Source of the DNA: an uncultured Gammaproteobacteria bacterium
Lineage (GTDB): Bacteria > Patescibacteriota > Microgenomatia > UBA12405
Reading direction: 5' to 3'
Assembly (NCBI GenBank): GCA_964544275.1
Contig: CAZIZX010000004.1
Coordinates: 20,251-84,250 of the forward strand
DNA: 64,000 nt
A program made the translations under genes and the position numbers. The notes beneath the pieces were generated by a model. That model was not told where the DNA came from. It saw nothing but the letters and a program-made list of their open reading frames with translations, and did no database searches. Positions 1-9,295 of the stretch are shown piece by piece (the first letter of the stretch is position 1; the number at the start of each line of letters is the position of its first letter).

Positions 1-237
1 CTTGTTTTGTCCGTAATATTTCAGCTCACCTTTTCTATTTATTACAGTAGCGAAATCATTAATCAAAATAACAACTACTATCAAAATCAAATTAAACTTG
101 AGGAACTCAAAGAACAGCACCAAATTCTGGAAAATCGGCTTTCCCAAATTACTTCAATCAATCATCTCCAGCAGCAAGTCCTCAAACTTAATCTCGTTCC
201 CATTTCCCAACACATCAACCTAAACATCTCACCATGA
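1..237 (+). CDS. FtsL-like septum formation initiator, 5'-partial at the window edge
   Basis: The reading frame is open back to nt 1, while the listed ORF starts at TTG nt 7. The product is rich in coiled-coil heptads. The stop overlaps the ftsI start (ATGA at 234-237). It sits directly upstream of ftsI, as ftsL does in dcw clusters. Confidence 0.4.
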   Translation, partial: LVLSVIFQLTFSIYYSSEIINQNNNYYQNQIKLEELKEQHQILENRLSQITSINHLQQQVLKLNLVPISQHINLNISP

Positions 238-1883
238 ATCAGCAACGCTCCAAAATACTTCTAATCACCCTTCTTCTAATCTTCTTATCAGTCTTAGCCC
301 GCTTGTTTTACTGGCAAGTAATTATGGGTCCGCAACTCAAGGAAAAAGCTCTCTCCCAAACCTACAAACTCCAAAAAAAATTGCCCCAAAGAGGCAAAAT
401 ATTATCCAGCGATAAATATCCGCTTGTTTTAAACCAAAAAAATTATCAACTGTCAATTTACAAACCCAACTTAACCATAGACCCAGATCTGGCCATCTCC
501 AAAGTAGAAGCGGTCAAGCCGGAATTTTCTCAAACCGACAATAGTACCTCAAAGTTTTTTTTGTCTACCGAAAATCAAAAATGGCAAACATTTCTTACTC
601 TTTTTAACAAGGAAGACCTCGAGTCACTAAACAACCCTGGCTTTAGCTTTCAGGAAATAAACAAGCGACTTTATCCAGAAAATAACCTAGCTAAAGATAT
701 TTTAGGTATTGTTGGCAAAAACTCCCAGGGTAATGACATTGGTTACGGCGGCTTGGAGGGTTACTATAATAAACAACTCAAAGGTAAAACTGGCTTTTCC
801 TGGATCACCACCGATGCCACCGGCAAAACCATACTCACCAAAAAAAGTTGGCAATCTGAAAATTATGACGGGTTAGACCTCCACACCCACATAGACCGTC
901 GTGTTCAATATCAAATTGAAAATATTTTAACCCAAGGAATCGACAAGTACTCAGCTGACTCCGGTTCTATCACGGTCATGGATAGCAAGACCGGGGCTAT
1001 TATCGGCATGTCCAGCCTTACTGCCACTAGTTCGGCTACCCCCAGCGCCACCAAAAATCCGGCCATCGCCGATCTCTTTGAACCAGGATCAATTTTTAAA
1101 CCTCTGATAATGGCTATGGCCCTTGATAGTAAAAGTATTGACCCGGATTTTATTTGTAACCAGTGCGACCGACCCCGAACTATCGGCCAATACACTATAA
1201 ATAATTGGAACTTAGAAACGTATCCCAATTCCACCATCTTCGACATTATCAGAAACTCAGACAATATTGGTATGAGCTCAATAATCAATCGCTTGGGCCT
1301 GGAAAAATTTCTGTCTTATTACAAAACATTGGGACTTAACCAAAAAACAGGGATTGACCTTCAGGGTGAAGCCAAGCCTCCCATGAAAACCCACTGGCCT
1401 GAAATCGACCTGGCTACAGCTTCTTTTGGCCAAGGTTTTGCCACCACCCAAATTAATATGCTTCAATCATTCAACGTCTTGGCTAACAATGGTGTTCTGG
1501 TTCGTCCCCACGTCTTAGATTTTCTTGACGATAACGGCAAAAAAATTACCACTCCCCACAATCAAGTCGAAACTGTCTTTGATACGAAAACTACCGATCT
1601 TATCAAAGAAATACTAAAATTCTCTGTTGAGAACAGCGCCGTGTCCAAGCTAAAACCAGCTCATCTAGAAGCTTGCGCCAAAAGCGGCACGGCTCAAGTA
1701 TCAATCCAAGGAGAATACGTCGACTCATCTACTATTGCCTCATATATCGGTTTCTCTCCCTGCGACAATCCCAAATTTACCATGATCGTTACTATCAACA
1801 ACCCCAAAACATCTCCTTACGGGTCCAGTACCGCCGCCCCCATCTGGTTCGACTTGGCTTCGATCATTACCAATCTGTTATAA
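234..1883 (+). CDS. ftsI: Peptidoglycan D,D-transpeptidase FtsI (class B PBP)
   Basis: N-terminal TM helix. Transpeptidase motifs SxxK (GSIFKP), SxN (RNSDN) and KSGT are present. dcw context. Confidence 0.85.
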   Translation: MNQQRSKILLITLLLIFLSVLARLFYWQVIMGPQLKEKALSQTYKLQKKLPQRGKILSSDKYPLVLNQKNYQLSIYKPNLTIDPDLAISKVEAVKPEFSQTDNSTSKFFLSTENQKWQTFLTLFNKEDLESLNNPGFSFQEINKRLYPENNLAKDILGIVGKNSQGNDIGYGGLEGYYNKQLKGKTGFSWITTDATGKTILTKKSWQSENYDGLDLHTHIDRRVQYQIENILTQGIDKYSADSGSITVMDSKTGAIIGMSSLTATSSATPSATKNPAIADLFEPGSIFKPLIMAMALDSKSIDPDFICNQCDRPRTIGQYTINNWNLETYPNSTIFDIIRNSDNIGMSSIINRLGLEKFLSYYKTLGLNQKTGIDLQGEAKPPMKTHWPEIDLATASFGQGFATTQINMLQSFNVLANNGVLVRPHVLDFLDDNGKKITTPHNQVETVFDTKTTDLIKEILKFSVENSAVSKLKPAHLEACAKSGTAQVSIQGEYVDSSTIASYIGFSPCDNPKFTMIVTINNPKTSPYGSSTAAPIWFDLASIITNLL

Positions 1884-1884
1884 T

Positions 1885-3207
1885 TTGTTGCTTTACATGT
1901 CAACAACCAAGCTGGGCATTTTTATCCAAAAGTTCAAAAATATTTTTTGGCACCTCCCCAAAAGTATATTTTTTAGTTACCTATATTCTTTCCCTTCCAA
2001 AAGATTTATTCTTATCGGTGTCACCGGCACCGACGGCAAAACAACTACCAGTACTCTCATTTATCACACTCTCCAAAAAGCCGGCTATAACACCGGCCTG
2101 ATAACCACCATTGGCGCCAAAATCGGAGATAAAGAAATCAGCACCGGCCTCCACACCACCAGTCCCGACCCTTCAATCATTCAAAAACTCTTCCAGGATA
2201 TGGCCAAAACCGGAATTACTCACGTTGTCTGTGAGGTTACTTCTCATGCTCTTGACCAGTACCGTTTTTGGGGCTGTGATTTTGATGTTTCCCTTCTCAC
2301 CAATATTTCCCACGAACATCTAGATTACCACCAAAATATAGATAACTACATCGCTTCCAAATCACGATTGTTCCGTCAATCCCGACATTCCATTCTCAAC
2401 AAAGACGACCTATCCTATCAACCCATAAAAAACTCTGTCAAATCTACCGTTTCCACCTATAGCATTACCAGTAAATCTGATTTTCAAGCCAAAAATATCA
2501 AATTAGGCCAAAAATTAACATTCCAGGTAAACAATATCAAACTCTCTACCGACAGCAATTATTACTATCAAGTCTACAACATTACCTCTGTTCTGGCACT
2601 GATGTCTCACTTAAAAATTGATATAAATTATCTGCTCAATACCATTAAAACGTTTCCGGAAACCAAAGGCAGAAGAGAAAGAGTGGTAAACGACTCAAGC
2701 ATAAACACTATTATCGATTTTGCCCACACTCCGGCAGCTTTGAAATCGACGCTCACTTCTCTAAAAAAGACTAACAAAGGCAAACTTTTAGTCATATTCG
2801 GCGCCACTGGAGGTCGCGATCCATCCAAAAGACCACTTATGGGTCAAGTAGTCTCACAAAATTCTGACATCGCCTTTATAACCGCCGACGATACTAGGGA
2901 TGAAAATATCTTCGACATAAACAAACAAATTATTTCCGGTATCGACCCACAAAAATCAATACTAATCGACAGCAACTCTACCACTCTCAACAAAATCAAA
3001 AAAATCATCTCTGCCAACAGCAAAAAATTTATTTATTTTAGTGTTCCCAACCGCCAGGACGCTTTTGACCTAGCCGTTAAACTGGCTCAAAATAATGATA
3101 CTATCGTCGCCTGCGGCAAAGGTCATGAAACCACCATACTCCACGGTCAAACTGAATATCCCTGGTCGGAACAGGAAGCCTTTAGAACCGCTTTTAGATC
3201 AAAATAA
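1885..3207 (+). CDS. murE: Mur ligase, MurE-like (UDP-MurNAc-tripeptide synthetase)
   Basis: P-loop 'IGVTGTDGKTTT'. Mur ligase middle and C-terminal regions. The position after ftsI is typical of murE. Substrate assignment rests on position only. Confidence 0.7.
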   Translation: MLLYMSTTKLGIFIQKFKNIFWHLPKSIFFSYLYSFPSKRFILIGVTGTDGKTTTSTLIYHTLQKAGYNTGLITTIGAKIGDKEISTGLHTTSPDPSIIQKLFQDMAKTGITHVVCEVTSHALDQYRFWGCDFDVSLLTNISHEHLDYHQNIDNYIASKSRLFRQSRHSILNKDDLSYQPIKNSVKSTVSTYSITSKSDFQAKNIKLGQKLTFQVNNIKLSTDSNYYYQVYNITSVLALMSHLKIDINYLLNTIKTFPETKGRRERVVNDSSINTIIDFAHTPAALKSTLTSLKKTNKGKLLVIFGATGGRDPSKRPLMGQVVSQNSDIAFITADDTRDENIFDINKQIISGIDPQKSILIDSNSTTLNKIKKIISANSKKFIYFSVPNRQDAFDLAVKLAQNNDTIVACGKGHETTILHGQTEYPWSEQEAFRTAFRSK

Positions 3208-3828
3208 ATGATTACCTCCTTCAATATCACCACTTCTACCGACATCGAAAAAAACTACAACCTTGGATTGCTTCCTCAAAGAAACAACAAAAACCTTTTT
3301 TATCAGGAAAGTTCTGCTCGCTCAAACCTAGCCCGTTTTTCCATTAGTTCAGAAAACAGAAGGATTATTCGCAAAACTGAAAGCTATTCTTTCCAAAAAA
3401 TTCCACTAAATCAATTTTCCTATACACCCCAAATCCAAAAAACAATTAAAAGTTGGATCAAAGATTTAAGCTGGGATTTTCCTGTTGCCTCGGTCAAAAA
3501 CATTTTTACCAACCATATTTTTAACTATCTCTATATCTGGTCAGATTCGTCCGGAAAAACAATTGCCTACGCCATCTGTTTTTTTTCTGATACTATTTCC
3601 CACATTGCTTATGTTTTTTATGATCCCAAAGTATCTCACCACGACCTTCCCATCCGCCTGGTGATTCAATTTATCCAAGATAGCTTTAATTTAAAATTAA
3701 AATATTCTTATCTTGGCAGATTTTCTAAAAATACGGGCTATTACAAAAGGAACATGCCAGGTCTGGAATTCTTTGTAAATGGTAATTGGATTGAATATAA
3801 TAAAGAAAACCAACAATTACTTGCCTAA
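3208..3828 (+). CDS. ATE_C/Bpt-like aminoacyl-tRNA--protein transferase family protein (GNAT-like fold), function unknown
   Basis: The motifs 'FSISSENRRIIRK', 'SHIAYVFYDP' and 'YSYLGRF' resemble the conserved 'F-S-(K/R)SQRRVLRKN', 'S(S/A)VY-FYDP' and 'YYLGYY' blocks of arginyl/leucyl-tRNA-protein transferases (ATE1/Bpt). The comparison is from memory only. The gene is wedged between murE and the next Mur ligase. Confidence 0.4.
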   Translation: MITSFNITTSTDIEKNYNLGLLPQRNNKNLFYQESSARSNLARFSISSENRRIIRKTESYSFQKIPLNQFSYTPQIQKTIKSWIKDLSWDFPVASVKNIFTNHIFNYLYIWSDSSGKTIAYAICFFSDTISHIAYVFYDPKVSHHDLPIRLVIQFIQDSFNLKLKYSYLGRFSKNTGYYKRNMPGLEFFVNGNWIEYNKENQQLLA

Positions 3829-3833
3829 AAATC

Positions 3834-5228
3834 ATGCATATTCACATCGTCGGTATAGCCGGCACCATGACAGCACCCTTAGCTGTTGCCCTAAAAAACC
3901 AAGGTCACCATATCACCGGTTCTGACCAACAACAAATTTTTCCTCCAGTTAGCCATATTCTCAAAAAAGCCCAAATAAAGATCAATACTCAAAACATTAT
4001 CAATAGTCAAATTGATCTGTGCATTATCGGCTCGTCTTACCTCTCATTTGCCAACACCCGACAAGAATTTGATACCATCAAAAAACTAAAACTCCCCTAC
4101 ATATCAGCCACCGAATATATTGCCCAAAACGTTTGTAAAAATAATTCTATACTCGTTGCCGGAACATACGGTAAAACTACCATAACCAGCCTGATTTCTT
4201 GGATACTCATTCGCGCTCAATACCAACCCAGCTTCATGTTTGGCGGTGAACCCAAAAACAATATCCCCTCGCTTCAAATTCAAAATTCTGACTGGTCAAT
4301 AACAGAAGCCGATGAATCCATAAATGGCCTTGACCTCCAAGGGAAATTTCTTTACTACCCCCTAAAATATCTCCTGCTTACCAGTGCTGACTGGGAGCAC
4401 AAAGAATCCTACCTCAAAGAAAGTGATAATTTTTCAGCTTTTTCCCGATTAATAAAAAAAGTTCCTAAAGCTGGTTTTCTGGTTCTCAACTCTCAGGGCA
4501 CAAACATTCTTAAACTCTCAAAACTCACTCCGGCCAAAGCAATCTTCTATAATTCTAATTCCTCATCCTATTTCATCAAAAATACCACCAAATCTAACCA
4601 CCGCACCCTAATTACAATAGCCACCCCAAAAGGGGATTTAACCGTAATTAGCCGGCTCTGGGGTCAATTTAATTATGAAAATATTTTGGCGGCCGTTACC
4701 CTGACCAGCGAACTCGGGATCGACCCTTTAATTATTAAAAAAGCCATAGCCAGTTATAAAGGCATCAAAAGAAGACTTGAACTTTTAAATTTCTCCAATA
4801 ACATCCATTTTTTTGATGATTTTGCTCAATCGGCTTCCCGGATTCAATCCGTCATCGACAGCCTCAAACAAGAGTTTCCCCAATCAAACATAAAAGTATT
4901 TTACGAACCTCACGCCTCATATATGAAAAATAAAAACAGCCTACCTCAACTCAAGCCAGCTTTCAAAAATGCGTCCGAAATAATCATCGGAAAAATTAAT
5001 TACACCTCAACTAGTGATAAAATTAATCGGGTTACGGCAACGGACCTCAAAAAATCAATTGGCAACAATTCAACATATCTGCCTCTTTATGATCAGGTCT
5101 TTCGTCATTACACCCAAAACCTCAAACCCAATGACATTCTGATTCACATGAGTTCTGGCGGTATCTTAGGACTAAATACCTACAAAAAAATTATAAATTA
5201 TTTCAATAATGTCAAGATACATCGTTAA
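3834..5228 (+). CDS. murC: Mur ligase, MurC/Mpl-like (UDP-MurNAc--L-Ala ligase family)
   Basis: The N-terminus 'IHIVGIAGTMTAPLAVALKNQGHHITGSD' resembles the MurC/Mpl Rossmann start. P-loop 'VAGTYGKTT'. Overlaps murA by 20 nt. Confidence 0.65.
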   Translation: MHIHIVGIAGTMTAPLAVALKNQGHHITGSDQQQIFPPVSHILKKAQIKINTQNIINSQIDLCIIGSSYLSFANTRQEFDTIKKLKLPYISATEYIAQNVCKNNSILVAGTYGKTTITSLISWILIRAQYQPSFMFGGEPKNNIPSLQIQNSDWSITEADESINGLDLQGKFLYYPLKYLLLTSADWEHKESYLKESDNFSAFSRLIKKVPKAGFLVLNSQGTNILKLSKLTPAKAIFYNSNSSSYFIKNTTKSNHRTLITIATPKGDLTVISRLWGQFNYENILAAVTLTSELGIDPLIIKKAIASYKGIKRRLELLNFSNNIHFFDDFAQSASRIQSVIDSLKQEFPQSNIKVFYEPHASYMKNKNSLPQLKPAFKNASEIIIGKINYTSTSDKINRVTATDLKKSIGNNSTYLPLYDQVFRHYTQNLKPNDILIHMSSGGILGLNTYKKIINYFNNVKIHR

Positions 5229-6552
5229 TGGTGGCCACCCTCTAAAAGGTGAAGTTTCAATCAGAGGCGCCAAAAACGCCAGTTTTAAGCAAATAATCGC
5301 TTCCATGCTCTCCGATCAAAATACTCAACTTACTAATATTCCTCAAATTTCAGACGTTAGAATAACCCAAAGCATTGCCAGTAAACTCGGTGCCCAAATT
5401 ACCCAAACTGGAGAACATAGTATAGAAATCGTCACTCCCAAATTTATTTCAGACACCGTACCTCATGGTACTGGTCAAAAATCCCGAACCTCTTTTATGT
5501 TTGCTGCACCTCTTCTTGCCAGAAACGGCAGCGCCGTTGTTCCCTTTCCCGGAGGCGACAAATTAGGTGACAGGCCTCTGGACCGCCTGTTTGATTGTCT
5601 CGAGCAAATGAATATCAATATAGAAATAAAAGACGATTTAATTTTTTTCAAAACAGATCGTATCAAACCAACCCATTATCGCTTTCCCAAACCGTCTCAC
5701 ACTGTCACCGAAACAATTCTTATGCTCGCCGCCACCGCCAACGGTGAAACTATTTTAGATAATGCCGCTCTCGAACCTGAAATTGATGACTTAATCGACA
5801 TGCTCAATTCTATGGGAGCCAAAATTAACCGCGATAATTCAAATCCGAGCAAAATAATTATCCAAGGAGTACCTTGGCTCAATGGAACTAAACACCAGGT
5901 AATTTGTGATCGAAATGAATCGGTCACCTTCGCCTGTGCCGCTCTCGCCACCAAAGGTTCGATCAATATTCTTAAAATAGATCCTGATACTATCAAGACC
6001 TTCCTGGAAATTATCGACCAAATGGGCGCCAAAATTAACACCGGCAAAGACGAAGTTTCCGTTAGTTGGGATCAACCATTAAAATCTATATCTATCGAAA
6101 CATCTCCAGAACCCGGATTTATGACCGACTGGCAGGCAGTTTTTTCTGTTCTTCTAACTCAAGCCGTCGGCTGTAGTTCTATCATCGAAAGAGTCTTCCC
6201 CAACCGCTTCCAACACATTGAATACTTAAAACAAATGGGGGGCAAAATTAAACCGTTTAATCCCGAAAACACCCATCCTGATTTTTACTTTTTTAATCAG
6301 GAAAGTGATCGACCAGAATTTCAGCATGGTATCAAAATTTATGGACCAACCAAACTTATGCCCGACAATCTAGTGGTCAATGACCTTCGGGCCGGTGCTT
6401 CTGTAACACTTGCAGCCCTAGTAGCCTCCGGTCAATCGATAATTGATGGCGTCGAATATATTGAGAGGGGATACGAAAAACTGGCCGAAAGACTCAGCTC
6501 TCTTGGCGCCAGCATAGAATATATCAAAACCTCTTTAGTTCGACCCATTTAA
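5209..6552 (+). CDS. murA: UDP-N-acetylglucosamine 1-carboxyvinyltransferase
   Basis: The N-terminus 'IVNGGHPLKGEVSIRGAKNA' and the overall EPT-family length are MurA-like. The active-site Cys/Asp position was not checked. Confidence 0.9.
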   Translation: MSRYIVNGGHPLKGEVSIRGAKNASFKQIIASMLSDQNTQLTNIPQISDVRITQSIASKLGAQITQTGEHSIEIVTPKFISDTVPHGTGQKSRTSFMFAAPLLARNGSAVVPFPGGDKLGDRPLDRLFDCLEQMNINIEIKDDLIFFKTDRIKPTHYRFPKPSHTVTETILMLAATANGETILDNAALEPEIDDLIDMLNSMGAKINRDNSNPSKIIIQGVPWLNGTKHQVICDRNESVTFACAALATKGSINILKIDPDTIKTFLEIIDQMGAKINTGKDEVSVSWDQPLKSISIETSPEPGFMTDWQAVFSVLLTQAVGCSSIIERVFPNRFQHIEYLKQMGGKIKPFNPENTHPDFYFFNQESDRPEFQHGIKIYGPTKLMPDNLVVNDLRAGASVTLAALVASGQSIIDGVEYIERGYEKLAERLSSLGASIEYIKTSLVRPI

Positions 6553-6581
6553 CATCAATGCTATATACTCTATCTTAAGAC

Positions 6582-7616
6582 ATGACCCACTTATACTTAG
6601 GACTCCTGCTTTTCTCCTTTTTTATTACCAGCATTTTAGTAGTTCCCTTCATCAACTTACTTTACAAACTAAAATTCCAACGGCAAAAACAAAAAACACT
6701 TGATTTCCAAAACGAACGCACTCCTACTTTCGACAAGTTTCACTCATCCAAATCCGGTACACCTATTGGCGGTGGCATTCTCATCATCTGCTCAGTTTCC
6801 CTGCTCTTCTTTTTCCTCCTGCCCATCCTCAAGTTTTCCAACATATTCATCTCCAGCAATTACCAAATCAACCGAGAAATCGAAATCTTATTTTTTACCT
6901 TTATCAGTTTTGGCTTGCTTGGTTTGTACGACGACGTTAAAAAATTCTTTGATTTCAAAATTAGCGGCTTTTTTGGCCTTCGCATGCGACAAAAATTTTT
7001 ACTTCAGGTCTTTTTGGCCCTGATAATATCCTCACTCATCTACTTCAGACTCAACATAAACTTTATTTACATTCCTTTTCTTGGTCCGCTAACTTTGGGT
7101 ATATTCTTCATCCCCATATCTGTTTTCTTTATTATTGCCTTTGCTAATTTTTTTAACATTACTGACGGCCTGGACGGACTTTCGTCAGGACTTCTGATGA
7201 TAGCCCTGTTTGCCTTTTGGTTTATCTCCAATACCTCACTCGACACTCCCATTTCACTCTTTCTTGCCCTCTGGCTTGGAAGTTTAATCGCCTTTCTCTA
7301 TTTCAATGTTTACCCCGCCAGAATTTGGTTAGGAGATGTTGGCTCGCTTTCCTTCGGAGCTACTTTTGCAGTTATTGCCATTCTTTTGGGAAGAATAGTG
7401 CCCCTATTAATTGTCGGTTTCCCCTTTATTGTTGAAGGCGTAAGCAGTGCTATTCAGATTGTCAGCAAAAAATATTTCAACAAAAGAATTATTCCGGCCG
7501 CACCACTTCATTTGACCCTTCAAAAAATGGGCTGGGAGGAACCAAAAATTGTTTCCCGTGCTTGGTTGGCCGGTATCATACTGGCAATATTTGGCTTATG
7601 GTTAGGTCTAAACTAA
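6582..7616 (+). CDS. mraY: Phospho-N-acetylmuramoyl-pentapeptide transferase
   Basis: Polytopic membrane protein. Motifs 'DDVKKF', 'NITDGLDGL' and 'NVYPARIWLGDVGSL' are typical of MraY. Confidence 0.9.
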   Translation: MTHLYLGLLLFSFFITSILVVPFINLLYKLKFQRQKQKTLDFQNERTPTFDKFHSSKSGTPIGGGILIICSVSLLFFFLLPILKFSNIFISSNYQINREIEILFFTFISFGLLGLYDDVKKFFDFKISGFFGLRMRQKFLLQVFLALIISSLIYFRLNINFIYIPFLGPLTLGIFFIPISVFFIIAFANFFNITDGLDGLSSGLLMIALFAFWFISNTSLDTPISLFLALWLGSLIAFLYFNVYPARIWLGDVGSLSFGATFAVIAILLGRIVPLLIVGFPFIVEGVSSAIQIVSKKYFNKRIIPAAPLHLTLQKMGWEEPKIVSRAWLAGIILAIFGLWLGLN

Positions 7617-8269
7617 ACACCAAACTATCAAATGAAGCCGAGCGTTATCTCGGGCTCCCTTATTGGCAAAACCGTCTAATCGACGGCAAAATTACCAAAG
7701 AAGGTTTTATGGGCGGCAAGGGCAACTGGCATCAAATCAACCAGGCCACAAAAGAACTGCTCTCCAAACTACCCCACAAACCACCTTCCTCTGAAATTTA
7801 TAACCTTCAAAAAAAGAACCATATTGGCATCGACTGTTCTGGTCTAGCCTATAATTTACTCAACTTTCTCTCGCTTGAAACAAAACAAAAAAGCATTGAG
7901 GAAAAAGTTGTCGGAACAGGAGGTAAATTTGGCATCAGGCGCGTCTCCTCAAATCTATTAACTTCGCCAGCAAACTCCATCCCAGTAACTTCTTATCAAA
8001 ACATTCAGCCGGGAGATTTAATCAGACTGGAAAAAGGTAGGCATGTAATTGTTATTTTAAAAAAAGTCGGCAACACCATAAATTATATTCACAGTAGCAA
8101 CAAAACCCTGATCCGGGGAGTCCACCTTGGCACTATTAAAATAATCAACCCCAAAGCTACTCTGGAACACCAGCACTGGATCGAAACCACCAAAGACAAC
8201 CAACCTTACTCTTCCTTGTTTAATTCCCAAAATGGCGACGGTATTTTCCGTCTCAAATGTCTAAGTTAA
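7562..8269 (+). CDS. NlpC/P60-family cysteine peptidase (cell-wall hydrolase)
   Basis: Catalytic Cys in 'IGIDCSGLAYN'. A downstream 'GDLIRLEKGRHVIVIL...IHSS' His block is NlpC/P60-like. The annotated start overlaps mraY by 55 nt, so the true start may be an internal Met (e.g. MGGKG). Confidence 0.5.
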   Translation: MVGRYHTGNIWLMVRSKLNTKLSNEAERYLGLPYWQNRLIDGKITKEGFMGGKGNWHQINQATKELLSKLPHKPPSSEIYNLQKKNHIGIDCSGLAYNLLNFLSLETKQKSIEEKVVGTGGKFGIRRVSSNLLTSPANSIPVTSYQNIQPGDLIRLEKGRHVIVILKKVGNTINYIHSSNKTLIRGVHLGTIKIINPKATLEHQHWIETTKDNQPYSSLFNSQNGDGIFRLKCLS

Positions 8270-8270
8270 A

Positions 8271-8438
8271 TTACTTTTCCTCAACTAATTCTTGGTACTT
8301 CAGTGGTTCTAGCAACAGAATCTCTACCTCAGTCCCACACTCATCACATTCCACAATATCTCCTACCGCCACATCAACCCCCAGTCTCTTCTCGTGCTTA
8401 CAATCAGGGCAAACAACTATTTTACTGTCTTTATTCAT
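8271..8438 (-). CDS. Small zinc-ribbon protein, LysW/amino-group-carrier-protein-like (55 aa, absent from the ORF track because it is under 60 aa)
   Basis: Reverse-strand translation gives MNKDSKIVVCPDCKHEKRLGVDVAVGDIVECDECGTEVEILLLEPLKYQELVEEK. It has two CxxC pairs. The pattern 'V.C..CG.E.E(I/V)..L(E/D)PL' recalls LysW. The acidic C-terminus ends EEK rather than EDWGE. It lies divergent to the PLP/ATP-grasp pair. Confidence 0.5.
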   Translation of the reverse strand: MNKDSKIVVCPDCKHEKRLGVDVAVGDIVECDECGTEVEILLLEPLKYQELVEEK

Positions 8439-8479
8439 CTTTTAATGTCAAAATATATTAAGTATCACAATTATAACCC

Positions 8480-9295
8480 ATGACACCTCTAGACCACACT
8501 TCTAATCTCTACTTCAAAAGGGAAGATCTGAATCCAACCGGATCGGCCAAAGATCGGGCTATTAGTCAACAGATAGAAAACCTCGTCCGTAAAAACTTTC
8601 ACTCCGCCGTCATATCCAGCTCAGGCAATGCCGCCATTTCTGCCATCCATTACTGCCAACAATCAAATATTCCATTGACCATATTTTTGTCACCCAAAAT
8701 TGATCCCAACAAACTTAAACTTATTCAGCAAAGACACCCTAAAATTCACTTTTCTCCAAAACCTGTCAGCGACGCCTTTAAATTTTCCAAAGCTAATTCT
8801 TCCTATTATCTTCGTCAATCAACAGATCCAACCGCCCTCAAAGGTTACCAGCAAATATCCAAAGAACTAATCAGCCAATTACCCCAAATCACCAGTATCT
8901 TCATCCCGGTTGGTAGCGGCACCACCCTCCTCGGCCTAAGTCAAACTCTGCCTAACAACGTCAAAATATTTGCCGCCCAGCCAGCATCCTATTGTCCCAT
9001 TAGCTCCCTTTTTGATCGCGATTACCAACCGGAGCAATCAACTATCACCGACGCCCTCTCCGTCAAATCCCTACCGCTTAAATCAAGCGTCATAACCGCC
9101 ATCAGACAATCAAGAGGGCGGGGGATTGTGGTCCAAAATCAATCCGTTATGGACGCCCAAACCACTCTTCTTAATTTGGAAATAAACTGTTCTCCAGAAG
9201 GCGCGCTTGCTTATGCTGCTTTCCTTAAAACTCAAAAAATCAAATCAGACCCGGGTAATTACCCGGTTATTCTTATTACCGGCACCCAAAGATGA
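8480..9295 (+). CDS. PLP-dependent enzyme, fold type II (threonine synthase / Trp-synthase-beta superfamily), short form
   Basis: 'FKREDLNPTGSAKDR' matches the PLP-lysine motif of threonine synthase, cysteine synthase and Ser/Thr dehydratase. At 271 aa it is shorter than ThrC. Its stop overlaps the start of the next gene (ATGA). Confidence 0.6.
   Translation: MTPLDHTSNLYFKREDLNPTGSAKDRAISQQIENLVRKNFHSAVISSSGNAAISAIHYCQQSNIPLTIFLSPKIDPNKLKLIQQRHPKIHFSPKPVSDAFKFSKANSSYYLRQSTDPTALKGYQQISKELISQLPQITSIFIPVGSGTTLLGLSQTLPNNVKIFAAQPASYCPISSLFDRDYQPEQSTITDALSVKSLPLKSSVITAIRQSRGRGIVVQNQSVMDAQTTLLNLEINCSPEGALAYAAFLKTQKIKSDPGNYPVILITGTQR

Noticed and set aside
1673-2101. Listed 142-aa + ORF overlapping the ftsI 3' end and the murE 5' end; numerous other antisense or out-of-frame ORFs inside ileS, dnaE, ftsZ, ppsA and the kinase gene
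   Set aside because: They lie fully inside strongly supported CDSs in other frames and have low-complexity, Arg/Ser/Pro-rich translations. They were treated as frame artefacts.
8257-8445. Listed + strand 62-aa ORF (S/T-rich)
   Set aside because: Low-complexity composition. The same DNA encodes a much more protein-like CxxC/CxxC zinc-ribbon ORF on the opposite strand, which I prefer.
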